Positions 10,004 to 20,486 of a stretch of 64,000 bases of DNA are shown piece after piece. The notes under the pieces were generated by a model. That model did not search any database and was not told the DNA's origin. It saw nothing but the letters and a program-made list of their open reading frames with translations. The first letter of the stretch is position 1. Each line of letters opens with the position of its first letter. The stretch covers positions 96,001-160,000 of the forward strand of contig CAVPNL010000008.1 in NCBI GenBank assembly GCA_963706575.1, written 5' to 3'. Made by a program: the position numbers and the translations under genes. This DNA comes from an uncultured delta proteobacterium (GTDB lineage: Bacteria > Desulfobacterota > Desulfobacteria > Desulfobacterales > JAHEIW01).

Positions 10004-10627
10004 ATGCAAAAAGCGACAATTCTGGCAATTGGCGCGCACCCGGATGATATCGAATTCGGTTGCGGCGGAACCATTATCAAGTATACCGAAAGAGGCCACC
10101 GCTTATTCCTGCACATTATGACCGCAGGCGGTCTCGGGGCCGAAACCGCCACGCGGATTGAAGAACAGGAAGCTTCCAAAGCGATTCTGGGAGCCGAGGA
10201 TATCTTCTGGGGCGGGTATGATGATACGCACCTCGTTGTGGATGTTGAACTCATCGGGAAGATTGAAAAAATTATTAAAAAGGTCAAGCCGGATTTTATT
10301 TTCTGCAATTTTCCGGAAGATACGCACCAGGATCACCGGCACCTGTCGCAAGCGGTCATGTCGGCCACGCGATATATCCGCAACGTTTTGTTTTTCGAAG
10401 GGCCCACAACCCAGAATTTCAAACCCCATGTTTTTGTGGATATCTCCGATACACTCGACAAAAAAATCCAAGCCCTTAAAGCCCATAAGTCCCAGGTGAT
10501 GAAAACCAATATTGAAGACCTATCAATTGTGGAAGTTGCCCGCTCCAGCGCGAATTTTCGCGGAATTCAAGGCCGAGTTAAGTTCGCGGAAGCGTTTCAC
10601 AGCTTACGCCTCTTTATCAACATATAA
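10004..10627 (+). CDS. PIG-L family deacetylase
   Basis: AHPDDIEFG and HQDH motifs. Confidence 0.9.
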   Translation: MQKATILAIGAHPDDIEFGCGGTIIKYTERGHRLFLHIMTAGGLGAETATRIEEQEASKAILGAEDIFWGGYDDTHLVVDVELIGKIEKIIKKVKPDFIFCNFPEDTHQDHRHLSQAVMSATRYIRNVLFFEGPTTQNFKPHVFVDISDTLDKKIQALKAHKSQVMKTNIEDLSIVEVARSSANFRGIQGRVKFAEAFHSLRLFINI

Positions 10628-10722
10628 AATAGATAAAAGACTTTAATTTTAGGCATTTTAGGCACTTCGAACTTTAGGCATTTCTACAAAAACCCCGCAT
10701 TGTTTGAATATTTAAAATAAAT

Positions 10723-11811
10723 TTGAAAAAGCAAGCTGCACCAAATTTGAAACACATACCTCATTCCCGTCCGACGCTGGGCGAAGAAGAGGTTCGTGCC
10801 GTTTCGGCGGTTATCGAGTCAGGAAATATTGCCGAAGGGGAAGTCGTTCAAAGATTTGAGCACGCCTTTGCCGAAAAGATAGGTGTCAGGCATGCAGTGG
10901 CGGTGAGTTCCGGAACCGCAGCTTTGCATCTTGCCCTTCTGGCAATGGGAATCGGCCCCAAGGATGAAGTCATAATTCCAAGTTATGTCTGCGCAGCCCT
11001 GCTGCATGCGGTGCAATATGCCGGGGCGCAACCCGTATTGGCAGAGATCGATCCGCTGACCTATAATATTGATCCGGATGATGTTAAAAAGCGAATTACC
11101 ACCCGCACCAGGGCCATCATTGTGCCGCATATGTTTGGTCTGGCTGCCGATCTGGATCGGCTCCTAAAATTGGATGTGCCGATCATAGAAGACTGCGCCC
11201 AGGCTGCGGGGGGCACCCATCATCAAAAACCACTCGGAACATTCGGGGATGCCGCCATATTTTCCTTTTATGCCACTAAAATGATGGCAACCGGCGAAGG
11301 GGGGATGGTTACCTCTAATTCGCCTGAATTCATAGCGCGCATACGGGACTTGAAAACCTATGACGGGAAAATAGCTGATACCGTTCGCTACAACTATAAA
11401 ATGACCGATGTGCAGGCGGCGTTGGGAGAAGTTCAGCTTGCGCGTCTTCCTGATTTCATCGCGCAAAGAAGAAAAATTGCCCGAACGTACTGTGAAGATT
11501 TCAAATTATTGAATATAAAGCTTCCAGTCGAAATAGATGAACACATCTATTATCGGTTTGTTGTTGGCTTAGAAACCGACTGTGAAGGGTTTATCCGAAA
11601 ACTCGTGCAAAAGGCGGTGGGGTGTGCGCGTCCGGTATTTTTGCCCATTCACCGTCATCTGGAAAAAGACGGATATCCGGTTACCGATAAAGTCTGGGAA
11701 ACGTCTTTGTCCATCCCCATCTATCCTTCCCTCAACATCAGTGCGATCAAACAAATAATTGCCTGTTTTATTGGCGAATATGAAAAGCACAAAAGCTCGG
11801 CAGACGGCTGA
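10723..11811 (+). CDS. DegT/DnrJ/EryC1/StrS family sugar aminotransferase
   Basis: SSGTAALHLAL, IEDCAQA, FSFYATKMMATGEGG. Confidence 0.9.
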   Translation: MKKQAAPNLKHIPHSRPTLGEEEVRAVSAVIESGNIAEGEVVQRFEHAFAEKIGVRHAVAVSSGTAALHLALLAMGIGPKDEVIIPSYVCAALLHAVQYAGAQPVLAEIDPLTYNIDPDDVKKRITTRTRAIIVPHMFGLAADLDRLLKLDVPIIEDCAQAAGGTHHQKPLGTFGDAAIFSFYATKMMATGEGGMVTSNSPEFIARIRDLKTYDGKIADTVRYNYKMTDVQAALGEVQLARLPDFIAQRRKIARTYCEDFKLLNIKLPVEIDEHIYYRFVVGLETDCEGFIRKLVQKAVGCARPVFLPIHRHLEKDGYPVTDKVWETSLSIPIYPSLNISAIKQIIACFIGEYEKHKSSADG

Positions 11812-11929
11812 CGTGCCGGGAAAATTTTGCCAGTATTTTGACAGTAATGGTTACTGATACGATCCCGGCCTTTATGATTTTTTCTAAATAATTTTAATAG
11901 TTACAATCCTTCAAATTCACCTTGCCTAA

Positions 11930-11945
11930 TGGCACGAAATGTGCA
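11930..11945 (+). promoter_or_regulatory. sigma54 promoter upstream of the WecA/MraY gene
   Basis: TGGCACG-AAAT-GTGCA with GG-N10-GC spacing. Confidence 0.6.
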
Positions 11946-12127
11946 ATCTGCAATAAACGATGTGTTTTTAAATCCAGCTGTTATCAAGAATTACGTATAA
12001 TTTACAAGGTATTAGGCGCCTTATGGCATCCGGTTCCTTCGTTGCGGCAACATTAGTCGGCTAAAAAATCCGGTATGTCAAAAAGGTTCTCACTACCGCT
12101 ATGGTTTTATAATTTTGACGTTCACCT

Positions 12128-13417
12128 ATGGTTCAAATTGTAAAAGGCACAACCTCCAGCAGCTATGTTGAGCCCGGTGCTCTTCCCAACAGATCTATAC
12201 GGGAAACTAGCGGTTTCGAACTGGTTGCCGGAAGCACAAAAAGGGAAGTCGAGAAAAGTCCAAACATCCTGAACATCAATTTGTTTATTTATATTTCTGC
12301 GGCTGTTGTGGCATTTATTCTCTTTCTTCCTCAGGTGCGGGGATTTTTCTCAGAAATCGGTTGGAGATGGGCTCATATTTTGTGCCTGTCATTTTCGCTT
12401 TCTTTTTTTATGAATCCGGTTTTTGCCAGGATTGCAAAAAAAATGAATATTCTCGACATTCCGGATGCCAGAAAACTTCACAAAGAAGCCACCCCTCTTC
12501 TCGGGGGTGCGGCTGTTTTTTTCGGTTTCAGTCTGGCCCTTCTGACGAACGGAATTTTTTCCAAACCGATTGTGGTCATTCTGATTGCATCGTTGATCCT
12601 TTTTGGAATCGGCATCCTGGATGACATTAAGGAAGTATCTGCCGGGTTAAAACTTTTGACTCAATTGGCGTGCAGCCTGCTGGTTATGAGCAGCGGAATT
12701 ATACTGCGCGTTTTGCCGGTGGATCTCGGTATTTTTGCAACCATTGGAAATTCCCTTTTAACGGTGTTCTGGATTATCGGCATTGCCAACGCCATGAATT
12801 TTTTTGACGGCATGGATGGACTGGCAGCAGGTCTGGGGGCGGTGATCTCCTTTTTTCTGGGTGTGGTGGCCTTTCAAACCGGCCAGCCCTTTTTAGGATG
12901 GGTTGCAATTGCTATGCTGGGCGGTTGTCTGGGGTTTTTACCGTTCAATTTCCGGATAAAAAAAAATGCAGCCATTTTTTTGGGCGATGCCGGCAGTGTC
13001 GTGATTGGATTCATTCTGGCATGTGTGGCGGTCTACGGAGATTGGGCCCAGGGTAATCCGGTTGTCGCCCTGGTCTCGCCGGTTTTGATTTTCTGGATTT
13101 TAATTTTCGACATGGTGCACATTACCGTTGATCGGATACTGACCGGCAAAGTTAAAAATTTCAGGCAATGGATAGAATACGTGGGCAAAGATCACCTGCA
13201 CCACCGTTTAGCAAATGTCCTGGGCGGCAGAAAGCAAAGCGTGCTGTTTATCTATCTGCTCGGCCTGTGTCTGGGAACCAGTGCAGTAGTGCTGCGTAAT
13301 GCCAGACCGACGGATGCCATTCTGCTGATTATCCAGGCTTGCATAATGGTTGTGTTGATAACGGTTCTGGAAAGGCGCGGCCGGAAGGCGAACGGAACAC
13401 TGAAATCTAAACCTTAA
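12128..13417 (+). CDS. MraY/WecA family (GT4) undecaprenyl-phosphate GlcNAc-1-P transferase
   Basis: TPLLGG, GILDD, NAMNFFDGMDGLA, FLGDAGS, HLHHRL. Confidence 0.9.
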   Translation: MVQIVKGTTSSSYVEPGALPNRSIRETSGFELVAGSTKREVEKSPNILNINLFIYISAAVVAFILFLPQVRGFFSEIGWRWAHILCLSFSLSFFMNPVFARIAKKMNILDIPDARKLHKEATPLLGGAAVFFGFSLALLTNGIFSKPIVVILIASLILFGIGILDDIKEVSAGLKLLTQLACSLLVMSSGIILRVLPVDLGIFATIGNSLLTVFWIIGIANAMNFFDGMDGLAAGLGAVISFFLGVVAFQTGQPFLGWVAIAMLGGCLGFLPFNFRIKKNAAIFLGDAGSVVIGFILACVAVYGDWAQGNPVVALVSPVLIFWILIFDMVHITVDRILTGKVKNFRQWIEYVGKDHLHHRLANVLGGRKQSVLFIYLLGLCLGTSAVVLRNARPTDAILLIIQACIMVVLITVLERRGRKANGTLKSKP

Positions 13418-13677
13418 TCAGTAAAGACTATTTTGTACAAAGCGTTATTAACCACGAAGAACACGAAGAATTAAAAATCGAGGAAGAAGTTGCTAAATGT
13501 TTAAGTAATTGCGATTTTAAATTGCTCTTCGTGCAAATGGCTCATCTTTTCGTTGCGTGGGTGATTCGATCCACGAACCAATGACATGATACTTTATTGA
13601 GGCTTTAAGCAAATATCAAAATCCAACTTTCATTTTCGGTATAGTTGAGTTGAACGGAGTTAAACTTTGAGATAAAC

Positions 13678-14718
13678 GTGGTGCAATTCAGGGAAATCGA
13701 AAATAAGCCGCAGGCATTAAAGGGAACCTCTGCCGATAAAAAGGCCAGATTACGTTTTGCAAAGCTTGGCGGAGACCTGCCCAAAAACAACAAAAGCGGG
13801 GCATCGGCGATACCTGATGAAAGCCGAAAGCTTCTCTATGAGGAGGCTTCTGCCTACATCGGTGACGTCTTAAATGCTTTGCGCAGTCGCAAAGGGTTCA
13901 CGCTGGAAAAAGGGTTCGAGGTGATTCAAAAAATCGTTGCCGGAAACTATCCGCAGGATCCGGTTCTCATCCTGGCGCTGCATCAGGATGATTTACGTCG
14001 ATATGTAACCCAGCATCCTGTCAATGTTGCCGTTTTCGCGATAAAAGTGGCGGATCACCTCGGCTTTGCAAAATCGATACAGGTAGAAATCGGCATGGCT
14101 GGCTTATTACATGACGTTGGGATGGCTGTTGTTCCGGATAAAATTCTTTATAAACAGGGTAAGCTCAACAATGAAGAGATGAAGATTTTCAGACAACGCC
14201 CCAATTTCAGCTCGAAAATCCTTCGGACGTTAGGCCCCGAGTATGCCTATCTGGCGGAGTGTGCAGCTCAGGTTTATGAGAGAATAGACGGTTCCGGCTA
14301 CCCGCGCGGCCTGAAGGCAGCTGAGATGCATGAATACGCCCAGATCATCGGCCTGCTGGATATGTATGAGTCCCTGATTCACTCCAGGCCCCAAAGGGGT
14401 AAAAGAGCACCGTTCGCGGCTGTAAAAGAAATTATTAATACCAGCAAAAATCATTTTAAGAAGGAATATTTAAAAGCGCTTTTGAGCGTTTTTACCGCGT
14501 TTCCGATACACAGTTATGTGCGCTTGAATTCGGATGCCATCGGAAAAGTCATCGAGACTTATCCGGACCAGCCGCTGAGGCCCAAAATCCAGATCATATA
14601 TGATTCTCAAAAGCGAAAAGTCTTAACTAAAAAAATTGTTGCGCTGCCGGAAGACCCGCTATTGCATATTATTGATTCGATCACTGAAAATGAAATTGGC
14701 AAATTAACCGGCCCATGA
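13678..14718 (+). CDS. HD-GYP domain protein with degenerate HHE motif
   Basis: GLLHDVG and ERIDGSGYPRGL; VYER replaces HHER. Confidence 0.85.
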   Translation: MVQFREIENKPQALKGTSADKKARLRFAKLGGDLPKNNKSGASAIPDESRKLLYEEASAYIGDVLNALRSRKGFTLEKGFEVIQKIVAGNYPQDPVLILALHQDDLRRYVTQHPVNVAVFAIKVADHLGFAKSIQVEIGMAGLLHDVGMAVVPDKILYKQGKLNNEEMKIFRQRPNFSSKILRTLGPEYAYLAECAAQVYERIDGSGYPRGLKAAEMHEYAQIIGLLDMYESLIHSRPQRGKRAPFAAVKEIINTSKNHFKKEYLKALLSVFTAFPIHSYVRLNSDAIGKVIETYPDQPLRPKIQIIYDSQKRKVLTKKIVALPEDPLLHIIDSITENEIGKLTGP

Positions 14719-14950
14719 GCCATAGATTTAATTAAAAGAAATATTTTAAAGGTATTTGGTTTAAGTTTTTAGACCCTTTTGCCGATATACCTGGTGTACC
14801 AAAGAGGATTTTTACAAACTAACTAAACCGCAATCAATTCAATTGCTTAAATTTATATTAGGATAAAAATGGAATCAGTTGAAAATCTGATGGAATACTT
14901 TCGGGGAGAAAGAGATTCATCATAATTCATAATTAAAGAAACGGTGTTAT

Positions 14951-15754
14951 ATGTATTTAGAGCATTGGGGTCTTCAAAAATCGCCTTTCGGAAATGTGCC
15001 CTCACGGGATGTTTTTTATCGGTCCCCGCAGCATGAGGAAGCCCTGCGCCGTTTACTATATGCAATCGAACATCGTAAAGGGGTTGCCATGCTTACCGGA
15101 GAGGTGGGGTGTGGAAAAACCACGGTGACCAAGGCGCTCAGCAATCACCTCAACGGGGACAAGTTTCATTTTCAGATGCTGTCAAATCCGGCGCTTCAGC
15201 CCACCGATCTGCTTAAAGCGATTCTTTTGAAATTGGGCGATACCAGCTCCGATAATGGATCCAAAACGGTGTTGTTGGACCGGCTGCAGAAATTACTTTT
15301 TCAAAATGGAGAGCAGGGAATCAGCACGGTATTGGCCATCGATGAGGCCCATGTGATTTCGAATCAGGCGACGCTAGACGAGCTACGGATGCTACTCAAC
15401 ATTCAATCGGATGATGAGTTTTTGATTACGCTGGTTCTGTTGGGGCAGCCCCCGTTGCTGAAAAATATTTCCGAGCTGCAGCCACTGAAGGAAAGAATCA
15501 GCATAAAATTTAATCTTGAGCCGCTGGATATAGAAAATACCCTGCGGTATGTCGTTTTCCGGCTCAAAACAGCCGGGGCCAGTCGCGGAATTTTTACGAG
15601 GGAAGCGATTGAAGCCCTTTATGAATTTTCAGGAGGAATACCCCTGCGAATAAACAATGTGAGTGACCGCTGTTTGCTGATTGGCCTGATGCAAAAAGCC
15701 AAAGTGGTGGACAGCAAAATTGTCGAGGACGCCATCGAGGACCTCAAATCTTAA
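14951..15754 (+). CDS. ExeA/GspA-like AAA ATPase
   Basis: MYLEHWGL..PF, GEVGCGKTT, IDEAH, LLGQP, GGIPLRIN. Confidence 0.9.
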   Translation: MYLEHWGLQKSPFGNVPSRDVFYRSPQHEEALRRLLYAIEHRKGVAMLTGEVGCGKTTVTKALSNHLNGDKFHFQMLSNPALQPTDLLKAILLKLGDTSSDNGSKTVLLDRLQKLLFQNGEQGISTVLAIDEAHVISNQATLDELRMLLNIQSDDEFLITLVLLGQPPLLKNISELQPLKERISIKFNLEPLDIENTLRYVVFRLKTAGASRGIFTREAIEALYEFSGGIPLRINNVSDRCLLIGLMQKAKVVDSKIVEDAIEDLKS

Positions 15755-15792
15755 GGAGTATCGAATACAAAAAAAGGATTAGGATTAGAAAA

Positions 15793-17955
15793 ATGACTAC
15801 CCATTCAAGGATTGAATCGGTATTGGCAGGATGCCTGGCAATGTTGCTTGTTCTGGGCTGTGCCCAGCACAAAGCCTATCAAGCATCACCGGACAGGCCG
15901 GAGAGACTGCAAGCGGCCGGTCTGGTGTTCGCCGGTAAATTCCACTCGGTTGTAATTGCAGACATGGATAATGACGGGAACCCGGATATTGTCGGCGGCG
16001 CCAGCACACCGGGTTTGGTCACCATCAGTTATGGTGACGGCAACGGCGCTGTGTCTGAACCGCAGTTTCTTCCCGTCCATGGTGAGGTCCGATCGGTTGC
16101 GGTGGCGGATTTCAACGAAGACGGGCTTAACGACATTGTTTTTTCCGTCCAAAGAGAAACCGCTGGAATTCGCCTGTGGATGAATCAGTCCGATCGCAAA
16201 TGGAAGCAGGAAAACGGTCCGACACGGTTAAATAAGTACCAGAATATAAAGACAGCCGATGTAAATGGTGATGGACACATGGATGTTATTGCCGCCAATT
16301 CCACTGAAGATTCAAATGCCGGTGTGCAAGTCTGGTTAGGTAATGGAAAAGGCGGATGGATTGCGGAATCCGGTCCTACGACATTGGGGCGTTACATGGA
16401 TGTGGCGGTAGCGGATCTCAATAAAGACGGTTTTCCGGATCTGATCGGAGCCGGCTGGGGAATATCCGGCGCCCTGCGTGTCTGGATTGGAGATGGAACC
16501 GGCAGGTGGCTCTCCATCGCGCCGTTAAATAAAGGAAGCTACTATGGCGTCAGTGTCGGTGATCTGGACGGTGATGGAAACCTGGATATCCTGGCCGCAA
16601 CCCACAAAGGCGGGATCCAAATGTACATCGCAGACGGGAAAGGTGACTTCAACTGGCTTGAGAAAGGACTGGAAGTAGAGTCATTAGGAGAAAGTAGTTT
16701 CTGGAATGCAGTTTCTGTGGATCTGAATGGGGATGGCCGCAACGATATTATTGCCAGTTCCCTTGATTCCATGGGTCTTCGGGCCTGGTTAAATAAAGGT
16801 AAACATAGCTGGGAGCAATTCGACGGACTGTTTCCGTCCACCGGGATTTATCATGGGATAGCTCTGGCTGATTTGAATGCCGATGGGCATCTGGATATCT
16901 GTGCGACCAGTTATGGTGAAGGCATTCAAATATGGCCGGGAAATACAGGGGCGGCGATAAAAGCAAGACAGATGGAAATTGAGCAGCTGCCGACGGCTGA
17001 CAGACTTGCTGCCATGCAAGCTCCTCTGGAGAATGCGGTTTTTGCCACCGTAAACGGAATTGAGGAATACAAAGTTGGTCCCGGAGATCTTATCGAAATT
17101 ACCTACTGGGAGGCAAATACGCCCAAAAAAGAAGAAATTGTGATTCGACCGGATGGGAAAATTTCCTTTGGCTTTGCGGAGGATTTATACGTAAATGGTC
17201 TAACGCTATCACAACTGGATAATTTACTCACAAAGCATATCAAGAAATATTTACGAAAGCCACGATTGGATGTGATCGTAAAAGAGTATAACAGCAAAAC
17301 CGTTACTTTATTGGGAGCTATCCAATATAGAAATCAAGCTGATACCGGACCCGGTAAATATAAGCTTAGGGGGAAAACGACCCTGCTCGAGAGCCTTACA
17401 AAGGCTGGCGGCCCATCTGAAAGGGCCAATTTGAACAGTGTCAATATTCGCCGAAAAAATGGTGATTCAGTTAACATCAACCTGTTTAAGGCCATAAATC
17501 AGGGGGATCCCAGTAAGGATTTTGTGCTCGATGATGGCGATGTTGTTTTTATTCCGACACTGGATAAGGACGGCCGAAGAGTATATGTATTTGGTGAAGT
17601 CGAAACCCCCGGAACCTATACTTTTGAGAGCGAAAAGATACGTCTGATCGATGCGATTTCTGAAGCCGGCGGGCCCACCGTGTTTGCGTCTCAATCTGAT
17701 ACCAAGATAGTCCGTGGAGATATTACCAAACCAGAAGTCATCACCGCAAATCTCAAGGGATTGCTGGAAAAAGGCGACCAATCCCAAAATGTTGCACTTC
17801 TAGCCGGGGACCTGGTGTATGTCCCGCGCAGTGGTTGGGGAAATATCAATTTCTTTGCCAAGCGGATCCGACCGCTGCTGGAACTTATCCTCTGGCCTGC
17901 GAGAGTTGTCAATGATTGGGATCGCGCCTATGATGTCATTACGAATGAGGAGTAA
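15793..17955 (+). CDS. Lipoprotein fusing FG-GAP/VCBS repeats to a Wza-type polysaccharide export/SLBB module
   Basis: Lipobox LVLGC; about seven D(L/V/F/M)xxDGxxD repeats; EYKVGPGD, IRPDGKISF and VYVFGEV..PG. Confidence 0.85.
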   Translation: MTTHSRIESVLAGCLAMLLVLGCAQHKAYQASPDRPERLQAAGLVFAGKFHSVVIADMDNDGNPDIVGGASTPGLVTISYGDGNGAVSEPQFLPVHGEVRSVAVADFNEDGLNDIVFSVQRETAGIRLWMNQSDRKWKQENGPTRLNKYQNIKTADVNGDGHMDVIAANSTEDSNAGVQVWLGNGKGGWIAESGPTTLGRYMDVAVADLNKDGFPDLIGAGWGISGALRVWIGDGTGRWLSIAPLNKGSYYGVSVGDLDGDGNLDILAATHKGGIQMYIADGKGDFNWLEKGLEVESLGESSFWNAVSVDLNGDGRNDIIASSLDSMGLRAWLNKGKHSWEQFDGLFPSTGIYHGIALADLNADGHLDICATSYGEGIQIWPGNTGAAIKARQMEIEQLPTADRLAAMQAPLENAVFATVNGIEEYKVGPGDLIEITYWEANTPKKEEIVIRPDGKISFGFAEDLYVNGLTLSQLDNLLTKHIKKYLRKPRLDVIVKEYNSKTVTLLGAIQYRNQADTGPGKYKLRGKTTLLESLTKAGGPSERANLNSVNIRRKNGDSVNINLFKAINQGDPSKDFVLDDGDVVFIPTLDKDGRRVYVFGEVETPGTYTFESEKIRLIDAISEAGGPTVFASQSDTKIVRGDITKPEVITANLKGLLEKGDQSQNVALLAGDLVYVPRSGWGNINFFAKRIRPLLELILWPARVVNDWDRAYDVITNEE

Positions 17956-18121
17956 CCGTAATATCCGGCTGCCTCACTTATAGGCCGGGTGGAACACTCT
18001 ACATTTTCGTCCCCACGAAAAAATTTAAATTAAGCAGGCGAAGAGTTTATAATTCGAGATATAAGAAGCCGCAAATATTGACTTATAATACTATCGCACG
18101 AATGAGTGAAAGTTTTATCGA

Positions 18122-20354
18122 ATGGCTCAATATGATGTAGATTTAAGAGAATATTGGCGAATTATCCGCAAAAGAAAGACCTACATTATTCTTTTGGTCA
18201 TATTTGTTGGAATCTGCAGTCTCGGATTTTCCAAATTCAAAGAACCTGTGCCTCTTTACGAAGCTGTTGCCGCGATAAAGATTGATCGGTCTGCCAATAT
18301 CGGTTCGATTCTTACGGGCGCTTACTGGAATCAAGCCGAAAATATGGATACCCATGCCTACATTATTAAAAGCTTTCCGGTCCTGGCGAAAGCGGCACAG
18401 TCAATGGGTAAAATCCCGCAAGATCTTTCCCTGGATGATATCCGCAGTAATAAAGACACACCTTTCTGTGATTCAGCAGCTGAAGGCCATTGTGGAGACA
18501 GAACCTCAGGAAGGCACCAACATCATTGATATTAAGGTTGTCTTAAAAGATCCTTACGAAGCGGCGTCAAATGCCAATAGATTTGCAAGCGCTTATCGGG
18601 ATTACAATATCGAGGAGAAAAATAAAAAAACATTTGAGACCAAAACTTTTATTGAAGAACAACTGCGTATGACTTCCAATAAGCTCAAGGAAGCAGAGAA
18701 GGAATTACAGTCATTTAAAGAAGGCTATGCCTTGATTTCAATGGATACCCAGACGCAAAACACGCTTGACAAACTTTATGCTGTTGAAACTGCGTATGAA
18801 AAGATTAAAACAGAGAAAGAAGAGGTGGCCGCACAGCTGCGATTGCTGGAAGATGACAAAAAAGGATCCATAAGGCGGTCAAAAGAGGTGTTTTTCTCCA
18901 CGAGTCCGGATTCGCCTCTATACACGTATAAAGAGAAGCTGAGTGAATTATTCTTAAAGCGACAGACATTGCTGATTAATTTTACAGCCAAGCACCCCCA
19001 GGTAAGAGAAATCGATGATCAGATTCGGGCCATAATTTATGAGGCCCAAAAGGAGCTAAAGACATTATTACGCTCACTTGAAGCCAAGGCAAAAGATTAT
19101 TCGGATAAGCTGATTCAGCTGCGGGAAGAAAACAAACGTCTGCCGGAGAAAGCCTTACAGCTGGTCAGACTTCAACGGGAAGTCGATCTGCAGGCTTCAT
19201 TGTATTCCCAGCTAAAGGAGAAATATCAGGAGACCTTGATTCAGGAATCCAGCAAGGTAGAAGAAGTATCTATTGTTAAACCGGCGGTGCCCCCGGATAA
19301 GCCTTCAAACATTCCATCAAAGTTAATTGTCATGGGGACCGGGCTTGTCATGGGGTTGATTATCGGTATTGTATTTGCGTTTCTGGCCGAAATATTCGAC
19401 ACCTCGATGGGTAGAATCGAGGATGTCGAAGAGCTGCTGCAGGTCCCGGTTTTGGGAGTGATTCCTTTTCTTGAGGGCGAGATCGTTGATAAAAGCCGAA
19501 GCAAGCATAGAGAACCCGAAAGGACGCGAACAAGGGACCTGGTTACCCACTACAAACCGGGCTCTATGGGAACGGAAGCTTTTCGGGCATTGCGGACAAA
19601 CCTGCAATTTCTAAGGCTGGAAACGAAGGGCAAGGTATTTCTGATTACCAGCGCTTTTGTTCAGGAAGGTAAAACGGTTAATGCAATCAACCTGGCATTG
19701 ATTATGGCCCAGGCCGGCAACAGAGTGCTTCTGGTCGATGCGGATCTTCGCAAACCGCTGGTCAACAAATATTACGGCCTGCCGATCAGTCCCGGACTTA
19801 CTGACCATGTGCTGGGGAATTATCACTGGAAGGAGGTAACCAATACCATATCCGATATCATGCTGGGTGACTTCGGAATTGACGACATTCTGATAACGCC
19901 GGGTATGGATACGCTTCACATTTTGACCGCCGGGACAAAACCCCCGAATCCGTCTGAAATATTGACGTCCAATCGCTTCCGCGAGTTTTTAAAAGAGGCC
20001 GTTATAAATTATGATTTTATCTTCATAGATGCCCCACCCGTGATGCCGGTAGCCGATGCCTCTGATATTGCCACCCTGGCCGACGGGGTGATCCTGGTTT
20101 ACATGACCGGGAAAATCGGTCGAGGCGTACTAAGGCGCGTTAAGTCAAACCTTGAGAATGTCGATGCCAAATTAACAGGCGTTATCTTGAATAAAATTAA
20201 ATCAGATGCCGGGCCGGAGTACTACCAGTATCATTCTTACTATTACTATGGGAGCGAGCCGCAAGTTAAAAAAGGGAAAAAAGTTAAAAAACTTAAAAAG
20301 TTAAAAAAGCCAAAATTTCTGCAAAAAAATCAGACAGGCCAATCCAAAGAGTAA
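18122..20354 (+). CDS. Wzc-like polysaccharide co-polymerase / tyrosine autokinase; apparent +1 frameshift near 18455
   Basis: N-terminal VDLREYWRII + TM; coiled coil; EAFRALRTNL, QEGKT, VDADLRKP and IDAPP; C-terminal Tyr cluster EYYQYHSYYYY. Confidence 0.85.
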
Positions 20355-20486
20355 AAGTTGTTGGGTCGGTAGCGCGCATAGTCTCTGCCGGGTTTTTTCT
20401 GGCAGGATTTGGGATTTGCCGTTCCGGAATGGCTTGCTCTGCGGGATCTCTGGGGTTAGATTAAAATAAATAATCAAACAAATACC

